DNA of 63,990 bases, counting the filler, from Dirinaria sp. TL-2023a (taxonomy: Eukaryota), in assembly GCA_051941275.1 (NCBI GenBank). It is 7 parts of 7 records of this genome, joined end to end, with 100 filler letters (N's around TTAATTAATTAA, not from the genome) between each part and the next. Parts side by side here need not be neighbours in the genome. Positions count along the whole stretch, not along the records: positions 28,041 to 37,272 come from JAVEBF010001078.1; positions 37,373 to 46,599 come from JAVEBF010001079.1; positions 46,700 to 55,911 come from JAVEBF010001080.1; 4 more parts are not named here. One strand, 5' to 3'. Of the stretch, positions 36,024-48,384 are shown one piece after another (the stretch's first letter is position 1; each line of letters starts with the position of its first letter). The notes under the pieces were generated by a model. It had not been told where the DNA came from. It made no database searches and was given only the letters and a program-made list of their open reading frames with translations. A program made the translations under genes and the position numbers.

Positions 36024-37272
36024 GGTTAAGAAACTCAAAGAATAGAATCAACGACTGTAGATTTGCCCTGTAATCAGGTCAACTGATTTTAGCTGCGAAC
36101 GTGTTTCGAATCGAGTGATTTCTAGTGGCAAAATATACTGTTGGGCCGACGAAGCTTTGAATCTTTATCAGAATGAAGTTTAGAGAAACAAGGGAACACA
36201 AAGAGGATACTTATAGATAATGATAACAGTAAGCCAGCCAATTCATGCTCATATGGGCGCCAGCTTTTGGCTGGGTTATCGACGTGATTAATTCTGGCTG
36301 CATTTCGATTCAAAACGTGCTCCTCAGAAGTGCATCCATAATGGGCGCCTGGGGATCCAGAACGAGTGCTGAACTTATGTGATTAATAAGGAATACGTTT
36401 CTCCTCGATGTTTCTGTTCACTACACTGCGAACATGAAGAGAATAAAGCTTTTCACATTATTGATGCTGTGCATCGTTGCAAGATGAGTACTTCGACTCA
36501 GAGCGAACAAGCTAATAGCTTCTCTCAGTCGTGCGGACGAAATCCTAGAGACCATCAACATCGAAATCGATATATCATGAAACTCAACGAGCGTCAATGC
36601 TAGCGCACAAGCGTCGATCAACAGTGCAGAAACGTCTTCCAGCACAGACTTCAATGCTACTCCAGGAAGAGCTATGGCAGCAGTCGTATCAAGCAGATCT
36701 GACGGTCAAATTGAGCCCACATTTGCAATCACTCAATCATCAGAGGCGGGGCCATTTGTCGGGACCCAGATGAACTCTTCTATGCCCACAGACTCATCTT
36801 GGCCTGGCTACCGTGGTTTGACTGGCTCTGCTCCAACGGCAAGTCAGTCATCGGGTTTGAAGCAGTCAAACAGCAGTCTCTGAGCGATCGATAGCCTGAG
36901 ATCGACAGCGCAAGCCTCTTCTTCTCCATTCTCTGGAGAGGCGTCGACAAGAAAAGTATCGAAGGAAGACGTTGACTTGCTCATCGTCCTTGGCTGCGTC
37001 ATTGAAATATTTCTATAAATAGATCTTAGTGAAGATAGAACCCAGACAACACGGAAAAGATTCCAAGAGCCAACGTAACAATCAAGACTGAGATATAGAC
37101 GTCCGACACCCTGAAGCCTAGATATGGGATGCCGGTCAAGTGAAACCTGCAAGACGCAGATGTCTGCATGTGAGGTAAGCATGACATAAATAAAATGTGA
37201 CTGCGCCATCTAAGCCTGCATGAAATAGTGCGGCTGAGAGACATCGCCGGAACTGACTGCCAACTATGCGCT

Positions 37273-37372
37273 NNNNNNNNNNNNNNNNNNNNNNNNNNNN
37301 NNNNNNNNNNNNNNNNTTAATTAATTAANNNNNNNNNNNNNNNNNNNNNNNNNNNNNNNNNNNNNNNNNNNN
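37273..37372. other. Artificial contig spacer
   Basis: 44 N + TTAATTAATTAA + 44 N. Confidence 0.99.
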
Positions 37373-37822
37373 CTCCGCCGCCTTGTTCGCACGCTCCGCG
37401 TGCATCTGCACCAACCGCTCCCCCATATGGAAGGGGAGGCCCCTCGCCTCCGCCTCCTTCTCCTCCTCCGACGCCCTCGTCGCCATCTCCCGCAACTCCT
37501 CCTCCGTCGGCGCGGCCGACACCGCAAGCGCCCGGCCAATTTCGTCCAGCGCCTCTTCGGCGCTGACGGAAGGGGTCGGGGGTTCCTCGTCGAGGATTGC
37601 CCCCTCCCCCTCGGCCGGCAACTTGACGCCGGTGTCGCCGATGGCGTTGAGGAATTCGGCGACGGTGAACACCGTCGCCTCCTCGGCGCCCTCCTCGAGT
37701 GGCGCTTCCGCCGCCACGGTTGACAGGAGGAGCGGCGGGGATGGCGAGGGCGGTGGCGGGGTCTTTGGGGACACCGGGTCCCGCTCTTCGATCTCCCCCG
37801 CCACCGCCGGGTTGAAGATCAT
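37373..37822 (-). CDS. GC-rich acidic/Pro-rich hypothetical protein exon, truncated at contig edge, probably element-borne
   Basis: Open frame with strong GC3 bias (EEGAEEATVF..., EEELREMATRASEEEKE); possible upstream exon at 38120-38512. Confidence 0.5.
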
Positions 37823-38519
37823 GCTGGAGAGAGCTCCAGCGAGCGCGTCTTCTCCTTCCTATCGGCGAGTTAGCGATGTTTCGAAATATATATTTGGAAC
37901 GATCATGTGCGTTTGACGGGCGACAATAGGAGAGCATGAGGAAATCCAGACCCGCCATGTCAGAAGCTGGGCCAGAGCCAAGTATTTCTGAGGCATGAGA
38001 CGGAAAAGGATGAGACGGAAAAGGCTTTGAGAAAGGATTGCAGTTCATGACATATCGCTGCACTGCTGTGGAGGAAGCTGTCATCGCGCCGATCCTCGGC
38101 ACTCGAGCGACTTTACTCACGCGATGCGTTGAGCGAGTTACACAGTAAGAGCCACGGCGCGACGTCTCCTTTAGCAGAGCAGAACTGCCAAGCGGCCAAG
38201 TACCTTAGGCCATGTCGCCAGGCTCTCCTTTACTAGGCTCAGTTGCGAAGTTAAGGGGCAGGAGCAGCTCGGGCCAGTTCAAGTGACCCGACGCGTCAGG
38301 TGAAGCGGCCAAAAATGCGTGCATCTTGCCTTGGGCACAGAAGGCCGGGCAGTCATCGCAGCAGTAGCAAGAGAGGGTAACAGCAGCAGGAGAAGTGTAG
38401 TTGGAAGCCTCACCGTCGCCTCGATGATATTCCACGGGATAATATTCCCGGCGCTCGCCTCACCCTCGCCCAGAGGCAAAACCAGATCAAAATCCTCGCC
38501 GTGGTGAGACATGGTTGCT

Positions 38520-39520
38520 TAAAAGCAGAGCAGAGTTAAAGACGAAGCACACAGAGCGGATTTAATGATGAAACACGAAGCAGGGGCTTTTGGTTCGGAG
38601 CAGAGCGAGATATGATGGAGCACAATGCTGGAACCTTTGGTACTGCTGGTGCTGATGATCTTGGTGAGGGGGTGATGGTGGTGAAGAAAGAAAGAAGAGG
38701 AAAGATGAAAAAAAGTGAGGTGAGCTGCCTTATAAGCAGGCAATCTTCTCGGCGCTCTAGCTCGTTGTGGCGGGCCTCGAGAAAAAAAAGATCGAGGAGG
38801 CGGGGAGGGAGAGTGAAAAAAACGGGGAGACAGGCGCGTCAGTGAGGTGCCAACGTGTTTCTTACGTGCTTTGCTCTTTGAGCATGCATGCATGCAGATG
38901 ATGTCTACTACTAGGGGTTCAAGATGTGTGTGTACAGAGAGAGTGTAGGGGGGAAAGTCTAAGGTATGTGATGAAGCTGTTGCCCCATGGTGCGACTTAC
39001 CTTGCCAGTGCTCATCTTCTTTGATGATGAAGGCATTGTCTCTGCTATATACTCCTGATCCCACTCACAACTCCTTGTCAGCAAGTGCACACACATGAAC
39101 AATGAAGGGGGGAGAGAGAGATGACTTACAGGTATGTAGTATAGCTTTCGAAAGCGGGGTTTAATGGATAGATGTGACGAGAAGAGTGAGGATGATGATA
39201 ATGATGATGATGGTGGTGATGACACACACAGAGCAAGAGTTGGTGGCCGTACACACAAGGAGCGAGGTTTTGATGATGTGACACGTTAAAAATGAGGATG
39301 GTGGTGATAACGCGCCGCACAGAGCAAGATGAGATATATCGAAACGCGGAGCAGAAAGGATGTGGACCACACAAACACGCAGAGCGAGGATAAAGATGTC
39401 TCACACGCAGAGCAGATGTTTATGTTGACTCACACAATAAAAAGCGGGTTTAATGATGCTACACACGCAGAGCAGTAAAGTTGGTCGGAGCACTAAAGCA
39501 GAGACTTTGGTGATGCAGAA
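38520..39520. repeat. Degenerate repeat array (ACACACGCAGAGCA, GCGGGTTTAATGATG units), probable transposon subterminal region
   Basis: Related units near 38545, 39151, 39222, 39374, 39402 and 39441. Confidence 0.5.
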
Positions 39521-39899
39521 TCCGCTCAGTGCAAGAGGGTAAAGAGAGAAAAGAAAAAGAAAATTTGTTTGTGAACGCCTCAAAGTTCACTTTTATAAGA
39601 TATCCACGATCATCAGCAACGCTAGTGCCACTAGTGCACTTTTTTTCTGCTATTTGATAAAGTAAAGATATCACGCGCTCTGTTAGGCGAGCTTTAAACA
39701 AGATTTGTATTCTTCACTGACAATAATAATACTCGCAAAACGCTCACTTTATTGTGCTTGGAAACAAAAAAAAGTCATGTTGTCCTCCTATGCAATGCCA
39801 TGCCAGACCCGCTCCCCATACCATTTCACTCAGCAAGCTGGTGATTGGTAGAAATCACATAACTTCAAATCTTCTTTCTTTCTTTCTTTCTTCCGTTCA

Positions 39900-42474
39900 T
39901 CAACTATTCATTTGTTGGCCCTCCCGAACCCGGCGATCAACCTTCTCCCGGTGCAGCTTATTCTTCAGATGCACTTCGAAATTATTCACTCCCATCTCCG
40001 GCCCCGGGGTATACAGCTTGCCGGGACAGTCCTTACATTTAATGCGGGGGTAATACATGAACTTGACATTATCGGGCGCGGGCTCGTTGGGTCTTACACT
40101 GATGGGCAGGTCGGTCACGGTCGAGACGGCGGTATAACGCATCGTACCCTCGAAAGCGTCTTGCGGATATTGTTGCTGGAGACGGGCAAGAGCGGCGGTG
40201 AGCCATTCCGGCGGTGGAGGCTGCGATGAACAGGTCAGCTGTTGCATGGGGCGAAAAGAGAGAAGTGTTGGAGGGTAGAGTGGAGCTTACAATAGGGTGT
40301 TCAGGGCTGGGTGGGCCTTTGGCATTCACCCGCCCGATTTGTGCCGCGTGAGGGTGAAGGTTCACAGTTGGTGGGGGATGCTGCCCATCTCGCCCTGGCG
40401 CCGATGAATGGCCCGTTCTGGGCGACCGGCTAGATTGCAGGCCATGTGTCGTGGACGGTGGGGCCATGCTCCCGTGAGCAGGCGTGCCGTGGCCCGGCGT
40501 GCCGCTCTGAGAGCGGCGATGGGCGCCAGGTGTCGGTGTGAGGTTTCGGAGAGATTCAGGTTTTGAGCGCGCTTTTTGATCGCGCATGAATTGTCGGAAG
40601 CGTTCACGGCCGAGTTTGAGCTTGATTATTAATTTGGGCGGAGCGTCGTCGTCACTTTCCTCCCTGTAATCTTTTCGCCGGCCCGATGTTCGTGTTTCGT
40701 GGTGATGCAGGGTGGATTCAGGGGTCGCTGAACGGCCGATGGTGCCTCGCATGGCTTGTTGGGCTACTGTTGCGGCGCCTCTCATATTACGCGTTCGAGC
40801 TGTGCCTGAGAGCAGATGGGATGGGATGGCGGGAGAATTGGGTGCTGACTCTTCACTTTCTGACTCATCGGAATCGTCAAGATCCTCCATGTTGCCATAG
40901 CCAGGACGTCGTCCTCTGCCTGAAGCGGGAGGCGCACGCTTTAACAGCCTGCTATCTTCTATCGCTTCGGCGGCGCAGGGCAACACAGTGGACACCACCA
41001 TGGTCCGTATAGTTCGTCGACGATCCTTGAGATCTGGCATGGCAGGGCCGCCACGACGGTTTACAGATCGCTTCTGTCGACGCTCTTCTCTAGAAAGTGA
41101 CAGCTCGGACTTCTCCAATTCTTGCTCGCTAAGCATGTAGATGAAGGGCCCGAATTCCTTGGCAGCTTGATATGGACGGAAAGGAGACGGTAATGGTGAG
41201 GGTTGGAAGCCAGCTTTAAGCTCTTGGTCCTCGACTGGCCGGCCATCGAAAGGATGGCCGGTGACATATAGACTGCGGATGAACAACTGACTTTGCTCCC
41301 GTATCGAATGAGCGATGGCGGTCGTGAATTCACCAGACAATGAGAGGTCGGTGGTCATCTGCTCCGCAAACTGTTCTGGCGAATTCATCGGATTATTGAT
41401 CTCCCATTCGAATTGATCTACGAGTGTGTGTTGGCCAATCGTGATGTTGAGCTTGATTACTATTCGCATCTCATCGTCCTTGTATGCGTTATATGGCAGA
41501 TGCGGGTCTAAAGGTTCCTCCTCGATAAATATTGGGGGATAGAAATCCTGAATCTGTTCATGTATGCTCGCCGCAACCAGCTGAACCAAAGGTTGGCAGT
41601 TTTCTAAAGGCAATTGGAAATCTTCTACCAGCTGCTGCGCAAATAGTTCCGGTGGCACTACGCGGTCGTGCAGATTCCATGTGAATGTATCGCGTAATCT
41701 GACTTTATCCCATTCGATGTCCAAGCGCACAGGCACCAATTCGTCGAACTGTTCAGATTGCATGGTAAGTTCTTTTTTTGGAATGCGAAGCTCCCGGGTA
41801 TGCCTGCCACCGGCTCGTTTCCGCTGTCCAGGATAAACTATGGCAATGCCCCTATTTGGCATATTTGTTGGTGGGCCGTTGCCAAAGCGCTCGTCATAGC
41901 CTTTCCCATAGACAGAGACAGGGTCGATCAGCCGGCCGTTGGGATGTCCCTGCTCACGCAACTTGAGGTAGCTGTCCCTTTCGGCGTTTTTTGCGAGGAC
42001 AAGGTTATCATGCCACTTCCAAACTGAATCGTGCATTACTGAGTCGGTCCACTGACGATAGACCATTTTCTCTATTGTCTTGGGAGTCCTCAAGTCTCGC
42101 ATCTCCTCCGACGAAGATTTTCCTTCCCTAGCCGGATGGGATATGCGGGTGCCAGACCTCGACCGCTTTCTTGACGGCACAGCACCATTAACCACGGTGG
42201 CTTTCGTTTTGTTCTCCATCTCTTGCCCAGTTCTCGTGTCACTACTTGTTGACTCATCTACAGAAAGGCCCGATGCTGCCATAACGGCCTTCGCTTTCTG
42301 CTTCCCCTCTTGTATTTGGGTCTGTGGTTGAGGCGTAGGCGACTCATCGCTCGGACCCGTAGCCTCGGGCATCTGACCTTCAATCCATCCATTCTGCTCG
42401 ATCGGCGCTGCGCTACTTGCGGAAACGTCCTGTTGGCTCTGGACATTGTCTGACTGCGCGGCTGGTGAGGGCAT
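39900..42474 (-). CDS. SNF5: SWI/SNF complex subunit Snf5
   Basis: SNF5 repeats LVPVRLDIE..LRDTFTWN and IKLNITIG..LVDQFEWEI..FTTAIAHSIREQ; intron 40221-40290; C-terminal CKDCPGKLY..HLKN..H. Confidence 0.95.
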
Positions 42475-43414
42475 TCTTTGGATAACGGCAAGCGTGTTGG
42501 ACGATGAGAGCGAAAACGCTACATGCGTATCATTCGAGGCATCGAAGTATGCTTCTTCAACCAAAGTCAGTCATGGCCCAGCGACATGGATGCAGTAGTA
42601 ACACGCGCAATGCCGCCTTGCGTGGCCCACTGGCAAGAGAGCGCCGTTTAAGGAGCAAAGGGCATTAGGAGGGGGGTTGGTGGAGCAGCCAGAAAATAGC
42701 ATCGGCATCGAGCCTGACAATTAATACTGAGGCTCTAATATCCAAATTACGTACCGACTGATGTATCCAGGGAGTCCGGGCCGAGAACTTGGATCGCGTG
42801 CAGACGTCAATAATGGAGTGATTGCCCTATCCCGAGTATTGGCGTGTCGCAAAGCTGATGAACTCCAAACGTGAGCGACTGCCGAGTGAAACCAAATGCC
42901 TGATGCCTCCTTCGTCCTAGTGTCATGCGGGTACCGCTTCTAGACCCAATTATGCTCAATCGACAGAACCAGCAGGTAAGGTAAAGTCGGATGCTTTGCT
43001 TTCATGCAAACTGCGCTGTGTCTAAGAAAGGAGGGAGTATAGCAATTACCCCCTAAAGTCTCTTCGCAGTTCGCATAGCGGGAACACTTCCAAAGATCGT
43101 GAAGCGCTCTCCCAGCAAACCTGAGAACAGTATACCTGGGAACCTGGGATCTTGACTCCTACCACATACCAAATATGATCAACAAGTCCTCATGGGCATT
43201 GTTGAGGAGCGCAACCCCATTATTGTAGAACCTCATCTGATGCTCCGATGCCATTCCAATGCAAGCAGTAATTCATACACCATCCTTCGAATATCTACGC
43301 AGCACCTGTGGTATCTGACGGACCCTTGAAAAATCAAGAATCATACACCTCCAACCGCTCACCGCTCGCTATAGACTCCATATATTTCGCTCACATCGCC
43401 GCCGTCGGAGTGCC

Positions 43415-44689
43415 ATGGTAGGCTCAGTGCCTGACATGCCCGGCGCGAAGGCCGAGGGCGACCTGCTTCATAACTTCCGCCTCGAAGTCGCAGAATTGCT
43501 TGGACGTCATTCACTAGGATTTCCAGGCGCACAGCCCGTCAGCTTTGCTTCGCGACATATCGCAGAACTCCAGAAGCAGGACTATTATGTCTGCGAGAAG
43601 TCCGACGGGATCCGTTGTTTGATGTACCTCACTGGAGATGGCACGCAAGAAATAACCTATTTAATTGACCGCAGGAACGACTACTATCATGTCCAAGGCT
43701 TGCATTTCCCAAAGTCTGCCGAGCAAGAACTGGACTTCCACACAGGTACTTTGGTGGATGGCGAACTTGTCAACGACAAGCAAAGAGATGGATCTGTACG
43801 GCTCAATTACCTAGTTTTCGACTGTTTAGTCCTTGATGGCTCCAGCTTAATGCACCGAACACTGGATAAACGCCTCGCGTATTTCCGGGACAAAGTCTAC
43901 AACCCGTACAAAGCTCTATACAAGAAATATCCCCAAGAATTAGAATTTGTCCCGTTCCACGTCGAATTCAAAAACATGGAATTCGGCTACGGTATCGAGA
44001 TGATGTTTCGAGATATTCTACCAAATCTGCCACACGGCAACGACGGCCTCATTTTCACCTGCCGCAACAGCCCCTACCAATCCGGCACGGACCAGCATAT
44101 CCTGAAATGGAAATTTAAAGAAGAGAACTCCATCGACTTTCGGTTGTTTTTCGAATGGCCTGTGCTCGAGCTTGACGCCGGAGACCAGCCAAATGGTGAC
44201 AACGAACCCTACCCTGATTATTATAGCAAGCCCACGTTTCACCTTGCAGTCCACAAAGGCAACGGCGAGGATGTTCCCTACGCTACTATGATTGTCGACG
44301 ACGCCGAATGGGAGCGCATGAAAAGCCTCAATGAGCCCCTAGACGAACGAGTTGTCGAATGCTGCCTCGATAAACAACAAAACTGGCGCTTCCTACGGTG
44401 GCGGAACGATAAGCAAGATGCGAACCACATTAGCACCGTCCAAAGCGTCATGGAAAGTATACGGGACAGTGTCACCAAGGAGGAGCTTGTGGCGAGTAGT
44501 AGAAAAATCAGAGACGAATGGAAGAAGAGGCAGGCTGAGGAAGAGGCTAAGATAAAGGCCGAAGCAATGGCCCGGCGGGCTCCCAATGGGCACACTGTGC
44601 CTAATGGGCAAAGGGAGGTCAGCGTGAAGAGGAAGCTCGAAGACGGTGACGAGGGAGGCGAGGACGCGAAGAGGATGAGGCCACCTTGA
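43415..44689 (+). CDS. CEG1: mRNA capping enzyme alpha subunit (guanylyltransferase)
   Basis: FPGAQPVSF, motif I EKSDG, DGEL, VFD, DGLIF, LKWK, RNDK..AN. Confidence 0.97.
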   Translation: MVGSVPDMPGAKAEGDLLHNFRLEVAELLGRHSLGFPGAQPVSFASRHIAELQKQDYYVCEKSDGIRCLMYLTGDGTQEITYLIDRRNDYYHVQGLHFPKSAEQELDFHTGTLVDGELVNDKQRDGSVRLNYLVFDCLVLDGSSLMHRTLDKRLAYFRDKVYNPYKALYKKYPQELEFVPFHVEFKNMEFGYGIEMMFRDILPNLPHGNDGLIFTCRNSPYQSGTDQHILKWKFKEENSIDFRLFFEWPVLELDAGDQPNGDNEPYPDYYSKPTFHLAVHKGNGEDVPYATMIVDDAEWERMKSLNEPLDERVVECCLDKQQNWRFLRWRNDKQDANHISTVQSVMESIRDSVTKEELVASSRKIRDEWKKRQAEEEAKIKAEAMARRAPNGHTVPNGQREVSVKRKLEDGDEGGEDAKRMRPP

Positions 44690-45140
44690 GCTGGCGTTTT
44701 TCGATTGGCCTTTCCCCTTCTATATCGTACTCATGATACCCATGCTTTCAGTTCGTTTTGCTCTTGGCATCTTAGCAACGGAATGCTACGTATAAGTTTC
44801 GTTCTGCACCCTTCCACCACACCCTGCGCATTGAATGAACACGGGAGTCTTGGAAGGGGTTGGCTTTGTTTTAAAATGGAGCCAAGGTTTTGAGATCATA
44901 CAACCAGGCGTTCTATTATTGCGGACCGAGCATAATCCTCTATCATATAAAATGCAAATTGAGTGTGCCTCGGCAAAAATTATCCAGAGAGCCGAACCAA
45001 GTAGCAAGCGGCTGCTCATCAGCCCATCCAACTTCTACTGACTTGATACAAAATTCCGGGAATCCTCTCCCAATCCTCTCCCCTCCCCCGCCTCCCAACC
45101 TGATATCTGCCGTCGTTAGCTGCTTCTGTCATCACCTATC

Positions 45141-46599
45141 ATGCCCTCTCCCAGCCCTAAGCACATCGTCATTCTAGGGTTAGACCTCCTATTCCCTTTC
45201 CCCTCCCCCGGTCCCTAAAATCAACCACTAGGGCACATTAAAAAGCAAGATTTACTGAAGAGAAGATGTGATTCTGTAGGGCAGGCATCATAGGCCTGCA
45301 GACCGCTCTAGCTCTCCAGGATAAAGACTATACAGTCACGATTGTAGCGCGGGATTTCCCCGGCGATGAAGATCCAAAGTTGTATACCAGTGCTTGGTAA
45401 GAAACGTGCTGCCGTTTAATTTGCGTTGTGGGGATCATTTTGGGAGTGTTGGAGGTATTGATAGCTTGGTCTGCTATCGTGCTTCTTGTTTCTTTTTCAA
45501 TTTGGGAAAAAGAAAAACGAAAGTTTTATTGTACGGCATTGATTCCCCACCCCTTTCGTTTGGGAGGGAGCGGCGCGAGATCGGTAGAAGAAGCTTGAGT
45601 CTTGCGATATATAATATACTGCAGTGATCTGATACCGAAACTAGGGCAGGGGCACACTGGCGCTCACATGCTGGTTCGGACGACGAGGAACAACAGAGCT
45701 GGGATAGACAAACTTACGAGCAATGGATGCTGGAGATCAAAGATGGCAAGGGGGAAGAGCAGGGTCTCGCCGTATGTTTTGCTTCTTCCTCCCATAAACT
45801 ACTCATCCCTACATCGAAAAACGCGGTTACTTGACTCTGACTTCAAGGCGTGATCGTGTAGACATATCCATCTTACCTCTACTGGTATCTTATGTCCCGC
45901 TCGCTCGCTCAACAGTCCCCGTTCGCCTCTTTCTATCAATTGACTGCTCACTGGGAACCCTCTTTAGGCCTGACCCGTCTCCTCCGTCCGCATCCCCTGA
46001 AGCTCATTGGTGGGCCCCATATGTCTCTTCCTTCAATCTCCTCGAACCTTCCTCCATCCCTTCCAACGCTGGTATCACATCCGGCGCCTACTTCACGACC
46101 GTCACTGTGAATGTGCCTCGCCATCTGACCTACCTCCTGCAGAAATTCGTTGCAGCAGGCGGGAATTTTATCCGTGCTTCTCTCCCCCCAAAGGGCGCTC
46201 TGAAAGAGACTTTGCAAGTCACTGATGACCTAGTCCAATCTAAAGGGATAGATCACCAGATTCAAGGCTTCGTGAACGCTACAGGATTCGGTGCCAAAGA
46301 ATTGGTACCCGATGACAGAGTCTACCCGACCCGAGGACAAACTTTGGTAGTGAAAGGCGAAGCCACCGCGGCGCGTACTTTCGAAGGCCTCAGCAGCATT
46401 CGCTACGTGATTCCCCGGCCATACAGTGGAACTTCTATCCTAGGTGGGACGAAGCAAGCGCATAATTCGTCCACGGAGGTAGATGATCAGACAACGAAGG
46501 AGATAATGGAGGGGTGTAAAGCTTTGGCGCCGGAGCTGTTGGATGCGAAGGGAGAGTTCGAGGTTTTGAAGATCAATATAGGGCTGAGACCGAGCAGGG
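45141..46599 (+). CDS. D-amino acid oxidase (FAD-dependent), multi-exon, 3' end cut by contig edge
   Basis: HIVILG/AGIIGL (GxGxxG split by an intron), YTSAW/AGAHW, VNATGFGA, YPTRGQT, YVIPR, LGGT, GLRPSR. Confidence 0.92.
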
Positions 46600-46699
46600 N
46601 NNNNNNNNNNNNNNNNNNNNNNNNNNNNNNNNNNNNNNNNNNNTTAATTAATTAANNNNNNNNNNNNNNNNNNNNNNNNNNNNNNNNNNNNNNNNNNNN
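46600..46699. other. Artificial contig spacer
   Basis: 44 N + TTAATTAATTAA + 44 N. Confidence 0.99.

Positions 46700-46751
<52 letters not shown>
46700..46751. repeat. Poly-A tract at contig start
   Basis: 52 consecutive A. Confidence 0.9.
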
Positions 46752-46753
<2 letters not shown>

Positions 46754-47376
46754 CATGAGGGTTGGTCCTTCCCCTGCCAGTTTCCCCCATCAACTCCATC
46801 ATCATCATCTCAATTTCCCACGACCAGGGTCAAGTCTTTATTTATCAAAGTCTCAGCTTACAAATTTCTAATAATGTAGAAAACTTCTCCTCATTCAACC
46901 CATCTACAGACCACGAAATAAAATAAAAATAAAACCGAGTATGAAGGGTATCAAATCTATCGCCAACTGAAAAAAAAAAAAAAAAAAAAGCTGAATTAGC
47001 AAAATAGCCTTCCCGCCCCCGGCCTTTGGTATGGGATTATTAGAAACCCGCTCGCTTGGAAGTTGAAACTTGAATTCAAATCTTTCCTCCCCTTTTTTTG
47101 GTAAAATGAATCAAATGCCACGATATAAACTCCGAGAGGCATGCGGTCATGGATGTCTCGTTTCGCAAAGTTCTGCTTGCTTGCTTCGACTATGCTGATG
47201 GTATGGTTATGATTATCTTTTTTCCCCCGCTCCACTATTGCGTTTAGATCGCTTGTCGCGGTCGTGTCGCGTTCCAGGCCTACTTTGATTTGGGGAGAGA
47301 CGCCAAGGAGACGCACAATGGACTGCCTGCTGGATTATTTCGACTTCTAGGGTCTTTTTTTGCAATGCGACGTCGT

Positions 47377-48384
47377 TCATCTCTGGACCCTCCTGCCAGG
47401 ACTCGGTGCCGTTGGTGGAGTGGGCACCTGTGGTATCCTCACCACGGTATCAACTGTACCCGAACTGCTATCCATCCTCGGAGTCCCCATCACTTTGGTC
47501 GTCTCTGGGGCCGGCTGTACTTTCGGTGTCTCTGGCGTGCCGGCAACGAGAATCCTGGGCGTACTGCTCTTGTCGCTGCTCCCCAGGCCTCTCTTCATCA
47601 TCCTACCCAGTATCCCAACCATTTCCGCCGCATCCTCGAACATCTCATCATCCATCCCTTCTTGCGCGTTGTATACATCTCTGATAGCCTGCTGCGCAAT
47701 TCGTCGCGAGCCGTCGCCATCGTGAAGGCAGTCGTAGAGATAGGCGCTGTACTCCGTCTTCACGCTGAGGCGGATCGGATGGGAGCCGGGCAGAAGATCG
47801 TCTGAGTATGTGGCAGCGGCGTTGAAGCAGGCGCTGGCTGTAGGGATGTAGTTCATTGCTGGAAGGAGAAAGCTAGCTGACGGTTTAGGGACTGAGACCG
47901 GAGCGAGGCCGGGAGGTAAAGAGCCAGGCAGGCGTATAGGGCCTCCTTCGAGCGGATTTGGCGAAGACCGGATAGAGCTGCGATCGGCGGCTTTGCCTTT
48001 ATTGGCAGACGTAAAGCTAGGGATGGCCGTTTGGTGGATTGAGGGCTGGTTGTGGAAGAGGACATAGATATGATAGAAGCTAGCGCGAAGCTTGAATGCC
48101 AGGACCTTGAGCTCAACATAGCCATCCACCATTGGAAGAATGTATTGTTCCATCATCACCAGTCCCTCTCTTGAAAGCCATATTATGTGGTGATACAGTT
48201 GGAGGGATTTGGTGTCGCGGGTGGTATCGAGTTTCCGCAGACGGCGCGCTCGGACGAGTTTTCGGGAAAGAAGGACAGAGAGACCAAGGACTTTGTAGAG
48301 CCACGAAGAGAGAAAGGGATTGGTGTTGTTGGTTTCGCGAGCGAACCTGCCTAGGAACTTCTGATCCACCTCCGAAGAGGCCAT
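47377..48384 (-). CDS. Divergent fungal 14-3-3-like domain protein (335 aa)
   Basis: KVLAFKLRASFYH and LPGSHPIRLSVKTEYSAYLYD..AQQAI..MFEDAAEMVGIL match 14-3-3 C-terminal helices ([33 protein letters not shown]). Confidence 0.85.
   Translation of the reverse strand: MASSEVDQKFLGRFARETNNTNPFLSSWLYKVLGLSVLLSRKLVRARRLRKLDTTRDTKSLQLYHHIIWLSREGLVMMEQYILPMVDGYVELKVLAFKLRASFYHIYVLFHNQPSIHQTAIPSFTSANKGKAADRSSIRSSPNPLEGGPIRLPGSLPPGLAPVSVPKPSASFLLPAMNYIPTASACFNAAATYSDDLLPGSHPIRLSVKTEYSAYLYDCLHDGDGSRRIAQQAIRDVYNAQEGMDDEMFEDAAEMVGILGRMMKRGLGSSDKSSTPRILVAGTPETPKVQPAPETTKVMGTPRMDSSSGTVDTVVRIPQVPTPPTAPSPGRRVQR

Larger units (their letters stand above)
28057..37272 (+). mobile_element. Starship giant transposon, 5' portion (captain plus cargo), inactivated; right end not in contig
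   Basis: DUF3435-type tyrosine recombinase is the first gene, 490 bp after a (TA)8 tract; downstream genes share the mutation signature and none is a recognisable core gene. Confidence 0.7.

Noticed and set aside
46700..46751. Poly-A as the tail of a retrocopy of the intronless 14-3-3-like gene
   Set aside because: The gene is on the minus strand, where the tract reads poly-T; it is a homopolymer at an assembly break.
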